The position numbers and the translations under genes are program-made. 64,000 nt of DNA from Bdellovibrionales bacterium RIFOXYD12_FULL_39_22. GTDB taxonomy: Bacteria; Bdellovibrionota; Bacteriovoracia; Bacteriovoracales; Bacteriovoracaceae. The stretch lies in NCBI GenBank assembly GCA_001770205.1, contig MEQL01000039.1:198787-262786 (forward strand). The letters run 5' to 3'. Shown here piece by piece: positions 40,004 through 50,341 of this stretch. Under the pieces are notes generated by a model, which was given only the letters and a program-made list of their open reading frames with translations, ran no database searches and was not told the origin of the DNA. Numbering within the stretch: the first letter of the stretch is position 1; each line of letters begins with the position of its first letter.

Positions 40004-40016
40004 GTAATTTCTTAGT

Positions 40017-40787
40017 TTACTTTCCAAAAAATTTTTCCATTCCAACGGCAGAGGCGACAGAAACATTAAGCGAAGAAATTTTTCCCTGTGGCGCTATGGC
40101 AACCATCTTGTCGATGACACGAGCAACTGCGGGCGAGATACCCGAGTCTTCTGCTCCGAAGATAAGCGCCATGTTCTCTTCTTTGGAAAAGGAGGGGAAT
40201 ACCGGATTACCTTCTTCGCTTAGACCGAAGCATTGAACATTCATCTCTTTTAGTGTGGTAACCACTTTTGAAAGAGTGTTGCAGCGAACTATTTTAACAT
40301 ACTCCAGTGCCCCAGAAGAAATACGGGAGAAACTAGGAGTTAAACTGAATGATCCTTTTTGAGGAATAACTATATAGTCAACATTATAGAATGCCGCTGT
40401 GCGGGCAATTGCCGCAGCATTGTTGATATCAGTTACTTGATCTAAACAAATAACTCTCTTTCCCTTTTCTTTTTCTAGGACTCTATACATATCAATCGAG
40501 TCATAAATTTGAGTAGCGCGACAACGTAAAAACATTTGCGACTGAACGCGACTGTAGTTAGCATTAACCTCTTTAAAATATTTTTTGGCCTGCTCCTGCA
40601 ACACGTGAGAGCTTACCAGCGAAACTTTGATTTCTTTTAGTAGACGATTTTCAATTTTTTCCTTGCTTCGCAATTCGGCCAACCCCTTATCTGTGGCAAC
40701 TAATTCAATTTTGACTCGCTCAGGATTTCGAATAGCATGAGCAATACTGTGTAGTCCCGAAACAATTTCTTCGCTGTTATTTATCAT
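40017..40787 (-). CDS. rlmB: TrmH/SpoU rRNA methyltransferase (RlmB-like)
   Basis: LDQVTDINNAAAIART, FGAEDSG, SSLNVSVA. Confidence 0.8.
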   Translation of the reverse strand: MINNSEEIVSGLHSIAHAIRNPERVKIELVATDKGLAELRSKEKIENRLLKEIKVSLVSSHVLQEQAKKYFKEVNANYSRVQSQMFLRCRATQIYDSIDMYRVLEKEKGKRVICLDQVTDINNAAAIARTAAFYNVDYIVIPQKGSFSLTPSFSRISSGALEYVKIVRCNTLSKVVTTLKEMNVQCFGLSEEGNPVFPSFSKEENMALIFGAEDSGISPAVARVIDKMVAIAPQGKISSLNVSVASAVGMEKFFGK

Positions 40788-40799
40788 TTTACAACCTCG

Positions 40800-42539
40800 T
40801 TATTGGGCCAGATCATGTAGAATTTTTTTTACGGTCTCTAGCAGTTTATCTCTTGTCGTTTTTATTTTAGTTTTATCTTTGCGAATAATAATCTCTAGCA
40901 TTCCATCTTGTTTATAATCTCGCTCTCCAAGTACGACAGTCAATGGAAGGCCTAAAAGGTCAGCATCCTTAAATTTAAAGCCGATGGCCGCATTACGATC
41001 ATCAAGAATAGTTTCAACCTGATTAGTATTCAGCTCATCATATATCTCATTTGCTAATTGGTTAATGGAATCATCCTTACTCACTAAAAGAAAGTAAACG
41101 TGATAAGGGGCAATTTGAACTGGCCAAATAATTCCATCCGCATCGTTATTTTGCTCAATGGCCGATGCGACCGTACGGCCAATGCCTATTCCGTAACATC
41201 CCATTATTGGAGTAGTGGCCTTGCCATTCTTATCCAATATTGTTACCCCCATCGCTTTAGTATAACGATCGCCTAGCTCAAAAATATGGCCGACTTCAAT
41301 GCCACTGATTTGTTCTACTTCTCCATCACAAGACGCGCACAGATCTCCCGCTTTTGACAAGGCAAGATCTGCAATACTATATTCATGCGGATATTTTTGA
41401 GGGACAAAGCCAGTATAATGGTAATCTTTTTTCATTGCACCAATTACATAGCTCGCCTCCAGTTTTACATTTTTGTCATAGATTATTTTAAGGTTATTTT
41501 GTGCGGTCTGTGTTTGGTAAGGGCCCATATATCCCTTTATTAGTCCCAGTTTTATCAAATCACTATCTGTTGCCGCTCGCAAGTGATCACATCCCAAAAT
41601 ACCCTTTAGTTTTATTTCATTTATCTCATCATCGCCTAGTAACTGGGCCAAAATGAATTCTTCTTTTTCCCCAGTTATAGCAGAAAACACTACTGACTTT
41701 AAGCAGTGATGAGCAGGAATATTTAGAAGGGCAGAAACATCGGTAATTGATTCTTTATTGGGTGTGCTCACTAAGGCCATTTCGGAACTATTAAGATTGA
41801 AGCTTAAAGTAGCACGCTTAGTATGCGCTCGCTCTATATTGGCGGCGTAGTCACATTTTTTACAACGAATAACCTTATCTTCTCCTGCATGGGCCAATAC
41901 TTGAAACTCATGGGTTTTTGCGCCACCGGCGGCCATATTTCCCCCATCGGCCTCTACCGCAATAAACTTCAATCCCATCCGAGTAAAAATATTAGAGTAG
42001 GCCACATACATTTTTTCATATGTCTCCCGCAAAGATTCTTTGCTGTCATGAAAGCTATAAGCATCCTTCATCGTAAATTCACGAGCGCGCATCACTCCAT
42101 AGCGAGGACGAGTTTCATCGCGAAATTTAGTATTAATTTGATAAAGATTAACAGGAAGCTGTTTATAAGATTTTATGGCCTTGCGAAAAATATCGACAAT
42201 GGCCTCCTCATTCGTTGGAGAAAAACAAAGATCTCGCTGCCCACGGTCTTTCATCCGCAACATCTCTGCACCCATAATATCCCAACGGCCCGACTCTTTC
42301 CATAACTCTGCAGGAGTGGCCACCGACATAATGACCTCAAAACACCCAGCTTTATTCAACTCATCACGTACAATATTTTCTACTTTGCGCATGGCCCGAA
42401 GCCCAATAGGTAGGTAGTTATAAAGGCCAGCATAAGATTTTTGAATAAGGCCGGCGCGTACCATAAGCTTGTGTGAGATAACTTCTGCATCAGCAGGAGT
42501 CTCTTTAAACGTTTGCCAAAATCCTTGTGATAATTTCAT
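40800..42539 (-). CDS. proS: Proline--tRNA ligase (bacterial type with editing domain)
   Basis: SHKLMVRAG, PTNEE, KFRDE.RP..G..R.REF.MKDAYSF, GIEVGHIF, MGCYGIG. Confidence 0.97.
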   Translation of the reverse strand: MKLSQGFWQTFKETPADAEVISHKLMVRAGLIQKSYAGLYNYLPIGLRAMRKVENIVRDELNKAGCFEVIMSVATPAELWKESGRWDIMGAEMLRMKDRGQRDLCFSPTNEEAIVDIFRKAIKSYKQLPVNLYQINTKFRDETRPRYGVMRAREFTMKDAYSFHDSKESLRETYEKMYVAYSNIFTRMGLKFIAVEADGGNMAAGGAKTHEFQVLAHAGEDKVIRCKKCDYAANIERAHTKRATLSFNLNSSEMALVSTPNKESITDVSALLNIPAHHCLKSVVFSAITGEKEEFILAQLLGDDEINEIKLKGILGCDHLRAATDSDLIKLGLIKGYMGPYQTQTAQNNLKIIYDKNVKLEASYVIGAMKKDYHYTGFVPQKYPHEYSIADLALSKAGDLCASCDGEVEQISGIEVGHIFELGDRYTKAMGVTILDKNGKATTPIMGCYGIGIGRTVASAIEQNNDADGIIWPVQIAPYHVYFLLVSKDDSINQLANEIYDELNTNQVETILDDRNAAIGFKFKDADLLGLPLTVVLGERDYKQDGMLEIIIRKDKTKIKTTRDKLLETVKKILHDLAQ

Positions 42540-42593
42540 AAAAATATCCTTGCGTTTTTAGATAACAAAAAACATCTATACCTTTATTTTAAA

Positions 42594-43514
42594 CTAGTAG
42601 GCAACCGGAGACATGCTCCTTGGGAGCGCAAAGGCCACAACTGCGGACTCTTGCTGATTTGGCGCAGAAATAACTTTGTAGCAGCCAGGAGTTGCAATAA
42701 TTTTCCTGCATAGTAAATTATGTAGATGGTGGCCTGACTTAAAAGAAGTTATTTTGCCGGCCACATCATATCCTAAAAGACTTATATCGCCGATAGTGTC
42801 TAGAATTTTATGACGTATAAACTCGTCAGAAAAACGCACGCCCTCTGGATTAACCACATTAAATTCATCAAGGATAATTGCATTATCTAGGGAGCCTCCC
42901 TTGATTAACCCCTTCCGTTTCAACATATCGACATCTTTTAAGAAACCAAAAGTACGAGCGCGACAAATATCTGTGATAAAATCTTCGCAGGAAAAACGAA
43001 ACTTCCGTGATTGAGTTTTTATTTTAGGGTGAGCAAAAACGATGGTTGATTCAATTACCAGCATGGGGTCCGGTTCAATTTGCACCCATTTGTCATCAAC
43101 TTCCACTCGTATGGGTTCAGTTATAACGATAAAATTACGCGAGGCATTTAGCGAAACTATCCCTGTTTCTTTTAATAGGAAGGCAAACGATCCGCCCGAA
43201 CCATCCATAATGGGAACTTCTGGCCCATCAATCTCGCAAAATAAGTTATTAATCCCCAACCCATAGAGAACACCTAAGAGATGTTCAATGGTATGTACTA
43301 CATTAATTCCAGTTCCAATCGTGGTAGCATTTTCTGTAGCACTAACATTTTCAAAACTGGCCTTGATTGGTGGTTGATCTTTAAGATCAACGCGTTTAAA
43401 GGATATTCCCGCATTGGCGACTGCTGGATGCAACGTTAGAGTAACCAATTTTCCAGAGTGTAATCCTCGGCCGGTAACTGATACTTTTTTAGACAGGGTT
43501 CTCTGATATGTCAT
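42594..43514 (-). CDS. lpxC: UDP-3-O-acyl-GlcNAc deacetylase
   Basis: GLHSG, TIEHL, PIMDGS, ARTFGF, HKILDTIGD, SGH. Confidence 0.96.
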   Translation of the reverse strand: MTYQRTLSKKVSVTGRGLHSGKLVTLTLHPAVANAGISFKRVDLKDQPPIKASFENVSATENATTIGTGINVVHTIEHLLGVLYGLGINNLFCEIDGPEVPIMDGSGGSFAFLLKETGIVSLNASRNFIVITEPIRVEVDDKWVQIEPDPMLVIESTIVFAHPKIKTQSRKFRFSCEDFITDICRARTFGFLKDVDMLKRKGLIKGGSLDNAIILDEFNVVNPEGVRFSDEFIRHKILDTIGDISLLGYDVAGKITSFKSGHHLHNLLCRKIIATPGCYKVISAPNQQESAVVAFALPRSMSPVAY

Positions 43515-43736
43515 TGACTCATCCTAAATACAATCGCAAATAGAGGTAATTAGTATTTAATCACATGCGTTAATTTTACGCAAGCATGATCTGGTCGGCC
43601 ATCACACCGCTAATTGCTGCTTGATTTTAAAGTTGGAGATGAATAACAGAGTAAAAGAGTTTTTGCTACCACTTTTTTTACATCGTGAAAAAATTAGCTA
43701 TACTGCTACCAAACAAAAAACAACGGAGAGAAAAAC

Positions 43737-44189
43737 ATGATTTGGAAGCAACGGCCAACCACTGAGCAATTGAACAACTTATGTAAAAAAACAGTTATCG
43801 AAAATCTAGGGATTATTTTTACTGAGGTGGGAGATGATTTTTTGACAGCAACTATGCCGGTAGATGAACGAACTATTCAGCCTTTTAAAATTTTGCACGG
43901 GGGTTCTTCTTGCGTGTTATCGGAATCACTCGGAAGCGTGGCCGCCCACCAATGCGTCGATCAGGATAAGTTTTTCCCAATTGGATTAGATATAAATGCC
44001 AACCACATCAAGGCCGCGAAGTTTGGAGAAATGGTAACTGGTACCGCCCAGGCAATCCATATCGGCAAATCAACACAGGTATGGGAAATAAAAATCATCA
44101 ACGATAACCACGAACTTGTTTGTATCTCTAGACTAACGATGGCCGTTACCGAGAAAAAAACAATCGCTCCAACACTAACGCGAAGATAG
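43737..44189 (+). CDS. Hotdog-fold acyl-CoA thioesterase (MenI/EntH/YdiI family)
   Basis: MPVDERTIQPF.ILHGG...LSESLGS, INANH. Confidence 0.88.
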   Translation: MIWKQRPTTEQLNNLCKKTVIENLGIIFTEVGDDFLTATMPVDERTIQPFKILHGGSSCVLSESLGSVAAHQCVDQDKFFPIGLDINANHIKAAKFGEMVTGTAQAIHIGKSTQVWEIKIINDNHELVCISRLTMAVTEKKTIAPTLTRR

Positions 44190-45215
44190 ATAATCTCGCG
44201 CTTTTTCAGAAATCATGCGCCCACGAGATGTGCGAAGAAGAAATCCTTCTTTTAATAAATATGGCTCATAAACATCCTCGATAGTGTCTCGCTCCTCCGA
44301 AAGGGTAGCACAAAGAGTGTCAATCCCCACCGGGCCACCACTGTAATACTCCATGATGACAGATAGAATTTTACGATCCATGCGATCTAATCCAAAATCA
44401 TCAATATCCATTAACTCAAGCGCTTTATTAACTTCTTGCTCAGAAATAGTATCTGATTTCATTACGACCGAAAAATCACGAACACGACGCAAAATGCGAT
44501 TTGCCACACGCGGTGTTCCTCGAGCACATTTTGCCATCTTTTCTTTTGCAATATTTTCTACCGTGATTCCCAGCTTTTTAGCATTGTTGCTAACAATTTT
44601 TACCAAATCACTACTTTCATAAAAATCGAAATGGAGATGGGCCATAAAGCGATCACGTAGTGGATTAGATAAAAGTCCAGTCCGCGTAGTGGCCCCAATC
44701 AAGGTAAAAGGAGGAACATCAATTTGCATTGTACGAGCCGATGGCCCTTGGCCAATTACAATATCAAGGCGAAAATCCTCCATTGCTGAGTATAAAATTT
44801 CCTCGATAGCTATATTCATGCGATGAATTTCGTCTATGAACAAGACATCTTTGGGTGTTAAATTAGTCAGTATTGCAGCGATATCTCCCTTTTTCTCTAT
44901 GGCCGGGCCAGAGATTACATGCAACTCTGACCCCAAGCGTTTGGCAATAATCATGGCCAGAGAAGTTTTACCTAGTCCAGGAGGCCCGGAGAGAAGTATA
45001 TGATCAAGGGCCTGGTTTCTTATCTTGGCCGACTCCACCATTATGTTGATATTGTCCACAACTTTTTTTTGTCCAATATATTCTGAAAAATCTAGTGGCC
45101 GCAACAAGACTTCATGTTGATACTCACTATCATGTGCTCTGGCAGATAACATTCGCTCTTCGGAAGATAGATCATCGTTTTCACTATTTTCATCACCGTG
45201 GAAATGGCCATTCAT
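44175..45215 (-). CDS. ruvB: Holliday junction helicase RuvB
   Basis: LRP...YIGQ, GPPGLGKT, FIDEIHR, GATTR, RGTPR. Confidence 0.97.
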   Translation of the reverse strand: MNGHFHGDENSENDDLSSEERMLSARAHDSEYQHEVLLRPLDFSEYIGQKKVVDNINIMVESAKIRNQALDHILLSGPPGLGKTSLAMIIAKRLGSELHVISGPAIEKKGDIAAILTNLTPKDVLFIDEIHRMNIAIEEILYSAMEDFRLDIVIGQGPSARTMQIDVPPFTLIGATTRTGLLSNPLRDRFMAHLHFDFYESSDLVKIVSNNAKKLGITVENIAKEKMAKCARGTPRVANRILRRVRDFSVVMKSDTISEQEVNKALELMDIDDFGLDRMDRKILSVIMEYYSGGPVGIDTLCATLSEERDTIEDVYEPYLLKEGFLLRTSRGRMISEKARDYLSSR

Positions 45216-45219
45216 TTTT

Positions 45220-45894
45220 CTATACCTCTTTTAAAACTAAATGCACTAATTGCTCTGCTTTGGAAATAACATTTTCTTCCAAAATTCGCTGTGCCAGAGG
45301 AATAATTTGTGACTCTTTAAAACCTAATTCTTTGCAGGCCATCAAAGCTTCATCCAGAAGCTTCATATTAAAACTACTCTGGAGTGTTTTTTCTGTGCCG
45401 CTATCATTGTTAACAGAAATAACAGGAGAAGATAATTCTACTTCTTGTACCTCTGAAGAATGGCGAATCAATTTCCCTTGGTAACGATCTGAGTATATCT
45501 TTACCTTTTGAATTTTATTACTTAAATCTAATATTATTTGGGCCGCGGCCTTGGGCCCAACGCCTGGTGCTTGTGATAAAACTTTTTTTTGATCCAATAT
45601 AATGGCGTTGGTAATCTGTTCAAATCCTAAAGTAGATACTAGAGAGTAAGCAGACTTCGGGCCAATGCCTTTTACTGTTCGCAACATTTCAAATAATTTT
45701 TTGTTTTTCAAACTATCCAGGCCATATAACTCTTCAATATCTTCGCGTTTTACATGAGCAATATATAAGGCATGACGCTTACCCTCGGCCAAAATCCTAT
45801 TGTAATAAATTTGATAACCGACACCACTATTTGTTAAAAGTACAACTTCTTGGCCATCGCTAAAAACTACATCTCCAACAATAAGTCCAATCAT
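45220..45894 (-). CDS. ruvA: Holliday junction protein RuvA
   Basis: SGVGY, VKGIGPK and APGVGPK HhH motifs, ELGF. Confidence 0.93.
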   Translation of the reverse strand: MIGLIVGDVVFSDGQEVVLLTNSGVGYQIYYNRILAEGKRHALYIAHVKREDIEELYGLDSLKNKKLFEMLRTVKGIGPKSAYSLVSTLGFEQITNAIILDQKKVLSQAPGVGPKAAAQIILDLSNKIQKVKIYSDRYQGKLIRHSSEVQEVELSSPVISVNNDSGTEKTLQSSFNMKLLDEALMACKELGFKESQIIPLAQRILEENVISKAEQLVHLVLKEV

Positions 45895-46394
45895 TATAAA
45901 ATCCTCTCTTGGGTGCGAAGAATATTTCGGCGACAAAAAGCGTGACAGGTAGCAATAGCAATAGCGTCTGATTCGTCCGAAGTTTTAAAATCACGTTTAC
46001 CAAAAATCATCTGCAATCCTTTCTGTATACTTTCTTTGCTAGCATGGCCATCTCCACTAATGGCCGCCTTTATCAGATTCGGGGAATATTCAAATATTTT
46101 ATTCTTATGTGTTTTTGAAAAGGCAGCAATCATTGCGCCACGTGCCTGTGCTAGTTTTGCCAAAGAGGAAACACTCTTAACATAGATAAGCGATTCTATA
46201 GCGATTTCGTCTGGTATATATTTATCCCTGAGCTCATTGCAGGAATTATATATTTCGGCCAAGCGATCAACAAAATTCCCAGCAAAATCATAGCGCATTA
46301 CTCCGCTGGCCAATAGTATTATTTTTTTACCATCTTGCCGGACCAAACCAAAGCCAGCACTGCGAGAACCAGGATCAATTCCTAAAATAACCAT
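45894..46394 (-). CDS. ruvC: Holliday junction resolvase RuvC
   Basis: ILGIDPG, AIE, QARG, EYSP, DESDAIAIA. Confidence 0.94.
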   Translation of the reverse strand: MVILGIDPGSRSAGFGLVRQDGKKIILLASGVMRYDFAGNFVDRLAEIYNSCNELRDKYIPDEIAIESLIYVKSVSSLAKLAQARGAMIAAFSKTHKNKIFEYSPNLIKAAISGDGHASKESIQKGLQMIFGKRDFKTSDESDAIAIATCHAFCRRNILRTQERIL

Positions 46395-46467
46395 TTTTAT
46401 CTCTTGTTGTTCTAATTTAAAAGGCCATAATTGCATATAGTATAAACCGGTAAAACCTACAAAGTCT

Positions 46468-46496
46468 TTTACAATTTCGTCAGTAGGTTGTAGACT
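46468..46496 (+). promoter_or_regulatory. sigma70-type promoter for gcvT
   Basis: TTTACA-17 nt-TAGACT. Confidence 0.45.
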
Positions 46497-46544
46497 GGCC
46501 CTCTCTCATTTAAAAAATAATAAAAAATCCATCTGGAGACTTTT

Positions 46545-47624
46545 GTGAGCTTACAAAAAACATCCTTACACGAGAAACATTTACGCCTGAATGCCAAAAT
46601 GGGCCCTTTTGCTGGTTTTGAAATGCCACTACAGTATAGTGGCGTGAAAGATGAAGTTTTAGCAGTCCGAAACAACATTGGTGTTTTTGATGTTGGCCAT
46701 ATGGGAGAATTTTTTATTGAAGGAACTGAAGCGCAACAATTTGTTGACTACCTAATTACCAATGATTTTTTGGGTGCCGGAGAAAGTAAAGCAGTTTATT
46801 CTCCTCTTTGTCGTGAGGATGGCACCGTTGTTGATGATGCTATCTCCTATAAAGTTCGGCCGGATAAAGTACTGATCTGCGTAAATGCTTCCAATATGCA
46901 AAAGGATTGGACATGGATTTCTTCTCATGTAAATGCCTTTAACTGCACTATCACCGACAAGTCTGCAGAATACTCTTTATTGGCAGTTCAAGGCCCTAAA
47001 ACAGAAGCATTGTTTATAAAGCTGGGCCTACTCTCGCCGCAAGAGAATTTTCCATATTATTCAGTCAAAGAAGGAAAATATCTCGGGAAAGAAGTTATAA
47101 TTGCGCGCACAGGTTATACTGGAGAGGATGGTTTTGAAGTTTTCTGTTCACATGATACGGCGGTAAATTTTTGGGATACCTTACTAGATAATGGAGTAAT
47201 CCCCTGTGGCCTTGTGGCCCGCGATGTTTTGCGACTAGAGGTCTGCTTTCCGCTTTACGGCCATGAGTTGACCGATGATCTGACTCCCATTGATAGCGGT
47301 CTAAAATGGACAGTGAAATTTAACAAGACTAATTTTTTAGGAAAAAATTTTCTTACCAACTATAAGCCAAAATATATTCTAGTAAAACTCTCCATTGAAA
47401 AAGGTGTTCCACGACAAGATTATCCTGTTACTACAGAAGATGGCAGAGTGATTGGCAAGGTTGTGTCTGGTACAATGTCGATCAGTATCAATCACGGCGT
47501 TGCCACCGCATTAATTAGCGAGGAATTATTTCCAAAAGATAAGCAATTTTTTATAAATATTAGAGAAAAGTTGGTTCGGGCCAACTATCACACTAAACCA
47601 TTTGTCGTTGGAGGGCACAAGTAA
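46545..47624 (+). CDS. gcvT: Glycine cleavage system aminomethyltransferase T
   Basis: FAGFEMPLQY, FDVGHMG, RTGYTGEDGFE, RDVLRLE. Confidence 0.95.
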   Translation: MSLQKTSLHEKHLRLNAKMGPFAGFEMPLQYSGVKDEVLAVRNNIGVFDVGHMGEFFIEGTEAQQFVDYLITNDFLGAGESKAVYSPLCREDGTVVDDAISYKVRPDKVLICVNASNMQKDWTWISSHVNAFNCTITDKSAEYSLLAVQGPKTEALFIKLGLLSPQENFPYYSVKEGKYLGKEVIIARTGYTGEDGFEVFCSHDTAVNFWDTLLDNGVIPCGLVARDVLRLEVCFPLYGHELTDDLTPIDSGLKWTVKFNKTNFLGKNFLTNYKPKYILVKLSIEKGVPRQDYPVTTEDGRVIGKVVSGTMSISINHGVATALISEELFPKDKQFFINIREKLVRANYHTKPFVVGGHK

Positions 47625-48013
47625 TGTCAAACAAAATTCCTGAAAATTTAAAATACACTCAAGATCATGATTGGATTTCCATTGATGGAAATATTATTAC
47701 ACTTGGCATAACCGATTTTGCCCAAGCGGCCTTGGGTGATATTGTCTTTATTGAACTTCCGGAAGTCGGAAGATCCTTGGCCCGGGGTGATACTTTTGGC
47801 GTAGTCGAATCAGTAAAAACTGTCGCCGACATTCACGCTCCAATGAGTGGTAAAATAATTGAAGTGAATAATGACTTAGATGGCCAACCTGATCTTTGTA
47901 ATAAAAATCCTTACGGAACCTGGCTTGTAAAAATTCAAGTTGCCAGTACCAACGATTTAAAAAATTTGATGGACGCAAATAAGTACACCGAATTTTGCGC
48001 TAACGCTCATTAG
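47624..48013 (+). CDS. gcvH: Glycine cleavage system H protein
   Basis: GITDFAQ..LGD, VESVK lipoyl-lysine motif. Confidence 0.95.
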   Translation: MSNKIPENLKYTQDHDWISIDGNIITLGITDFAQAALGDIVFIELPEVGRSLARGDTFGVVESVKTVADIHAPMSGKIIEVNNDLDGQPDLCNKNPYGTWLVKIQVASTNDLKNLMDANKYTEFCANAH

Positions 48014-48283
48014 CGTTTAAAAAAATGTAACATTTTAAATAATTCATCTAATTTTTAGAACGCAAGCTTTATTTTTAAAAAAATATTAATGTTATTCGTC
48101 CATATATTTTTTTGGATTGCCATCTTTTTTTTTCTTCTTTCTCCAATGAAAAATGGAGGCATTCATGCGACTACAGTAACTTGGAGAAGGCGATAAAAAA
48201 AATAAAAAATGACTTTACGAATCTTGGCATCTCGTTCATACTGCCGAGTCGCAACCAAACAAATCACACTGAGGTAATGCAAG

Positions 48284-48580
48284 ATGATTTTTGAAAATCA
48301 AGAATCTATTCAGCTTCTGAATACAGCAATAATAAAAAGTAAAGAGAAAAAAATCGACAGTGCTTACGAAGATAGATTGACTCAGGCCTGCAATAATCCA
48401 GTCATTGATGCACTTGGAATGGCCACTTCCTATCTATCAGAAAAAAAGAAAATTTCTCGCGACCAAGCGGCCATTCAGATTATAGAAACATTACGCGATC
48501 TAGATAAAATATGGAGCGATTACGTAATGATGGAAGGAATTACTAAAATAAAAGATCTTCTAAAAAATCGCGAACAGTAG
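48284..48580 (+). CDS. Hypothetical protein
   Basis: SD GAGGT; 98-aa helical ORF in otherwise empty space. Confidence 0.6.
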   Translation: MIFENQESIQLLNTAIIKSKEKKIDSAYEDRLTQACNNPVIDALGMATSYLSEKKKISRDQAAIQIIETLRDLDKIWSDYVMMEGITKIKDLLKNREQ

Positions 48581-48593
48581 TCCTGGACAAATA

Positions 48594-49580
48594 CTACACT
48601 TTTACGACAAATCCCCACTCTAAAATTGCCTCTCCATTTCTCAACATTTCTTTTGGTGGATTAGGGAAAGGGCCTGCTTTGCTGAAAGATTCTACTGCAG
48701 CATCATCAAATTCTTGAATTCCGCTCGTGCTTTTTATGAAAATTCTAACGATATCACCTCTGTCGTTAAGGGTTATTTCTAGTGCCGTTATCTTGTTGTC
48801 ATCGGAGGCAATTTTCCGTCCAGAGTTAACTATGTTTCGGGCCTTCTCTTTTAAGGTTGCCCCCCAATATTGCTCAAGTTGAATACGTATACGGTTGTAA
48901 AAACCATAATACTTAAACTCAGTGGTATTTAAGTTGGTCATATCCCCCAGCGGCACATCTTCGATAAAATCATTATTGGCGGCCAATCCGCTTTCTTTTA
49001 AACTTCCCGCGCCAATACCAAGTGGAACAACTTGGGCCTTGGATTTTTCCATCAAGCTAGAAGCCTCATCCAGATCGGCTGGAGTAATATCCACCAACTC
49101 CTTTTTCCCGGCGATGGAATATCCAAGATCTGCTAATTTTATCTGTCGCCCTTTTGCCAAAACTGGGACTTTTGTTTGTTCGGCCATAACACTTTTTGTT
49201 TTTTCTCCATCGGCCCTACCTCTACCGGCCCGTTTAAAGCTGTCAATGGCCCTTGCAATCGTTTGCTTGTCATAAGTCTGGTTATGCTCACCAACAAATC
49301 TACTATTGGCCGGCAACTCTTCCTTACCCGTGGCCTCATTACTTACTACTTGTTTTTTCGTACTATCTTCTTTTTCAATTTTGGCCTTTATGTTTGCTAA
49401 CTCTTCTGGGGAAATTTGCGCCACCTCAAATTCCTTTCGTTCACTGACGTCCGAGAATGGAATAGTTCGTAACTGCATATAAGTTATGATGAGTAGGTGG
49501 GCCACTAAAGATAGGAGAAAAAAAAGAGGCATTCGATTTTCTCGAATTCTCTCATCAATTTTTAATACCAATAATTGCAT
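48594..49580 (-). CDS. TonB/TolA-family energy transducer
   Basis: TM with SLVAH (SxxxH); C-terminal STSGIQEFDDAAVESFSKAGPFPNPP. Confidence 0.8.
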   Translation of the reverse strand: MQLLVLKIDERIRENRMPLFFLLSLVAHLLIITYMQLRTIPFSDVSERKEFEVAQISPEELANIKAKIEKEDSTKKQVVSNEATGKEELPANSRFVGEHNQTYDKQTIARAIDSFKRAGRGRADGEKTKSVMAEQTKVPVLAKGRQIKLADLGYSIAGKKELVDITPADLDEASSLMEKSKAQVVPLGIGAGSLKESGLAANNDFIEDVPLGDMTNLNTTEFKYYGFYNRIRIQLEQYWGATLKEKARNIVNSGRKIASDDNKITALEITLNDRGDIVRIFIKSTSGIQEFDDAAVESFSKAGPFPNPPKEMLRNGEAILEWGFVVKV

Positions 49581-49620
49581 ACTTTTTCCGACATACCCGA
49601 CTTTATCGTTCTGTCTTTAA

Positions 49621-49648
49621 CTATCGACATCTGGCGCACTTTCCTTTA
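49621..49648 (-). promoter_or_regulatory. sigma28/FliA-type promoter for the TonB-like gene
   Basis: TAAAG-15 nt-GTCGATAG, about 40 nt upstream of the ATG. Confidence 0.5.
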
Positions 49649-49802
49649 GTCCTTTTCTTTTGTTTTTTTGAATAAGTTTCCCGGATGTAACAATGGATTG
49701 AATTTGCGGCCAGACATAATAATTTTCTTTCACCATTGGCCCGAGGATGTTAGCCTGTTTTCAGCTAATTATTCCTATATTCACATCAACCTGGAGGATC
49801 TT

Positions 49803-50285
49803 GTGAAAGCGACTAAAGACAATGTGGTTACTATCGAGTACACCCTTACCAACGAACATGGTGAAACACTTGATTCTTCGAAAGATAACGGGCCACTTGC
49901 CTACCTTCATGGACACAGCAATATTATCTCCGGATTAGAACAAGAAATTGAGGGTAAAGGGATTGGAGAGAAATTAAAGGTAACCATTGCCCCCAAAGAC
50001 GGATACGGAGAGATTCGCCAGGATATGATTCAAGATGTTCCTCGTGCGCAATTTGAAGATGCAGATAATTTGCAAGTTGGAATGCAATTTCAAGTACAGG
50101 CCGGAGAAGAGACATTGATTGTTATGGTAAAAAGTGTAAGCGATGATATGGTAACGCTGGATGGAAATCATCCGCTCGCAGGACAAACACTCCATTTTGA
50201 CGTGGAGATTTGTGAAATTCGCACCGCTACTGAAGATGAATTGCATCACGGACATATTCATTCCAGTAGCTGCCAGCATCACTAA
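49803..50285 (+). CDS. slyD: FKBP-type PPIase SlyD
   Basis: GTG with SD GGAGG; YLHGH..II.GLE, DGNHPLAG, His/Cys tail. Confidence 0.92.
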   Translation: MKATKDNVVTIEYTLTNEHGETLDSSKDNGPLAYLHGHSNIISGLEQEIEGKGIGEKLKVTIAPKDGYGEIRQDMIQDVPRAQFEDADNLQVGMQFQVQAGEETLIVMVKSVSDDMVTLDGNHPLAGQTLHFDVEICEIRTATEDELHHGHIHSSSCQHH

Positions 50286-50341
50286 TCTGTGTACCTAATG
50301 ACATCGTCTTAACTAAAAGTAGATATCGTTAGGAGGCATTT

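Noticed and set aside
48020..48040. AAAATGT-A-ACATTTT palindrome as a Zur/Fur box
   Set aside because: Short, in extremely AT-rich DNA, wrong spacing, and not upstream of the metal transporter
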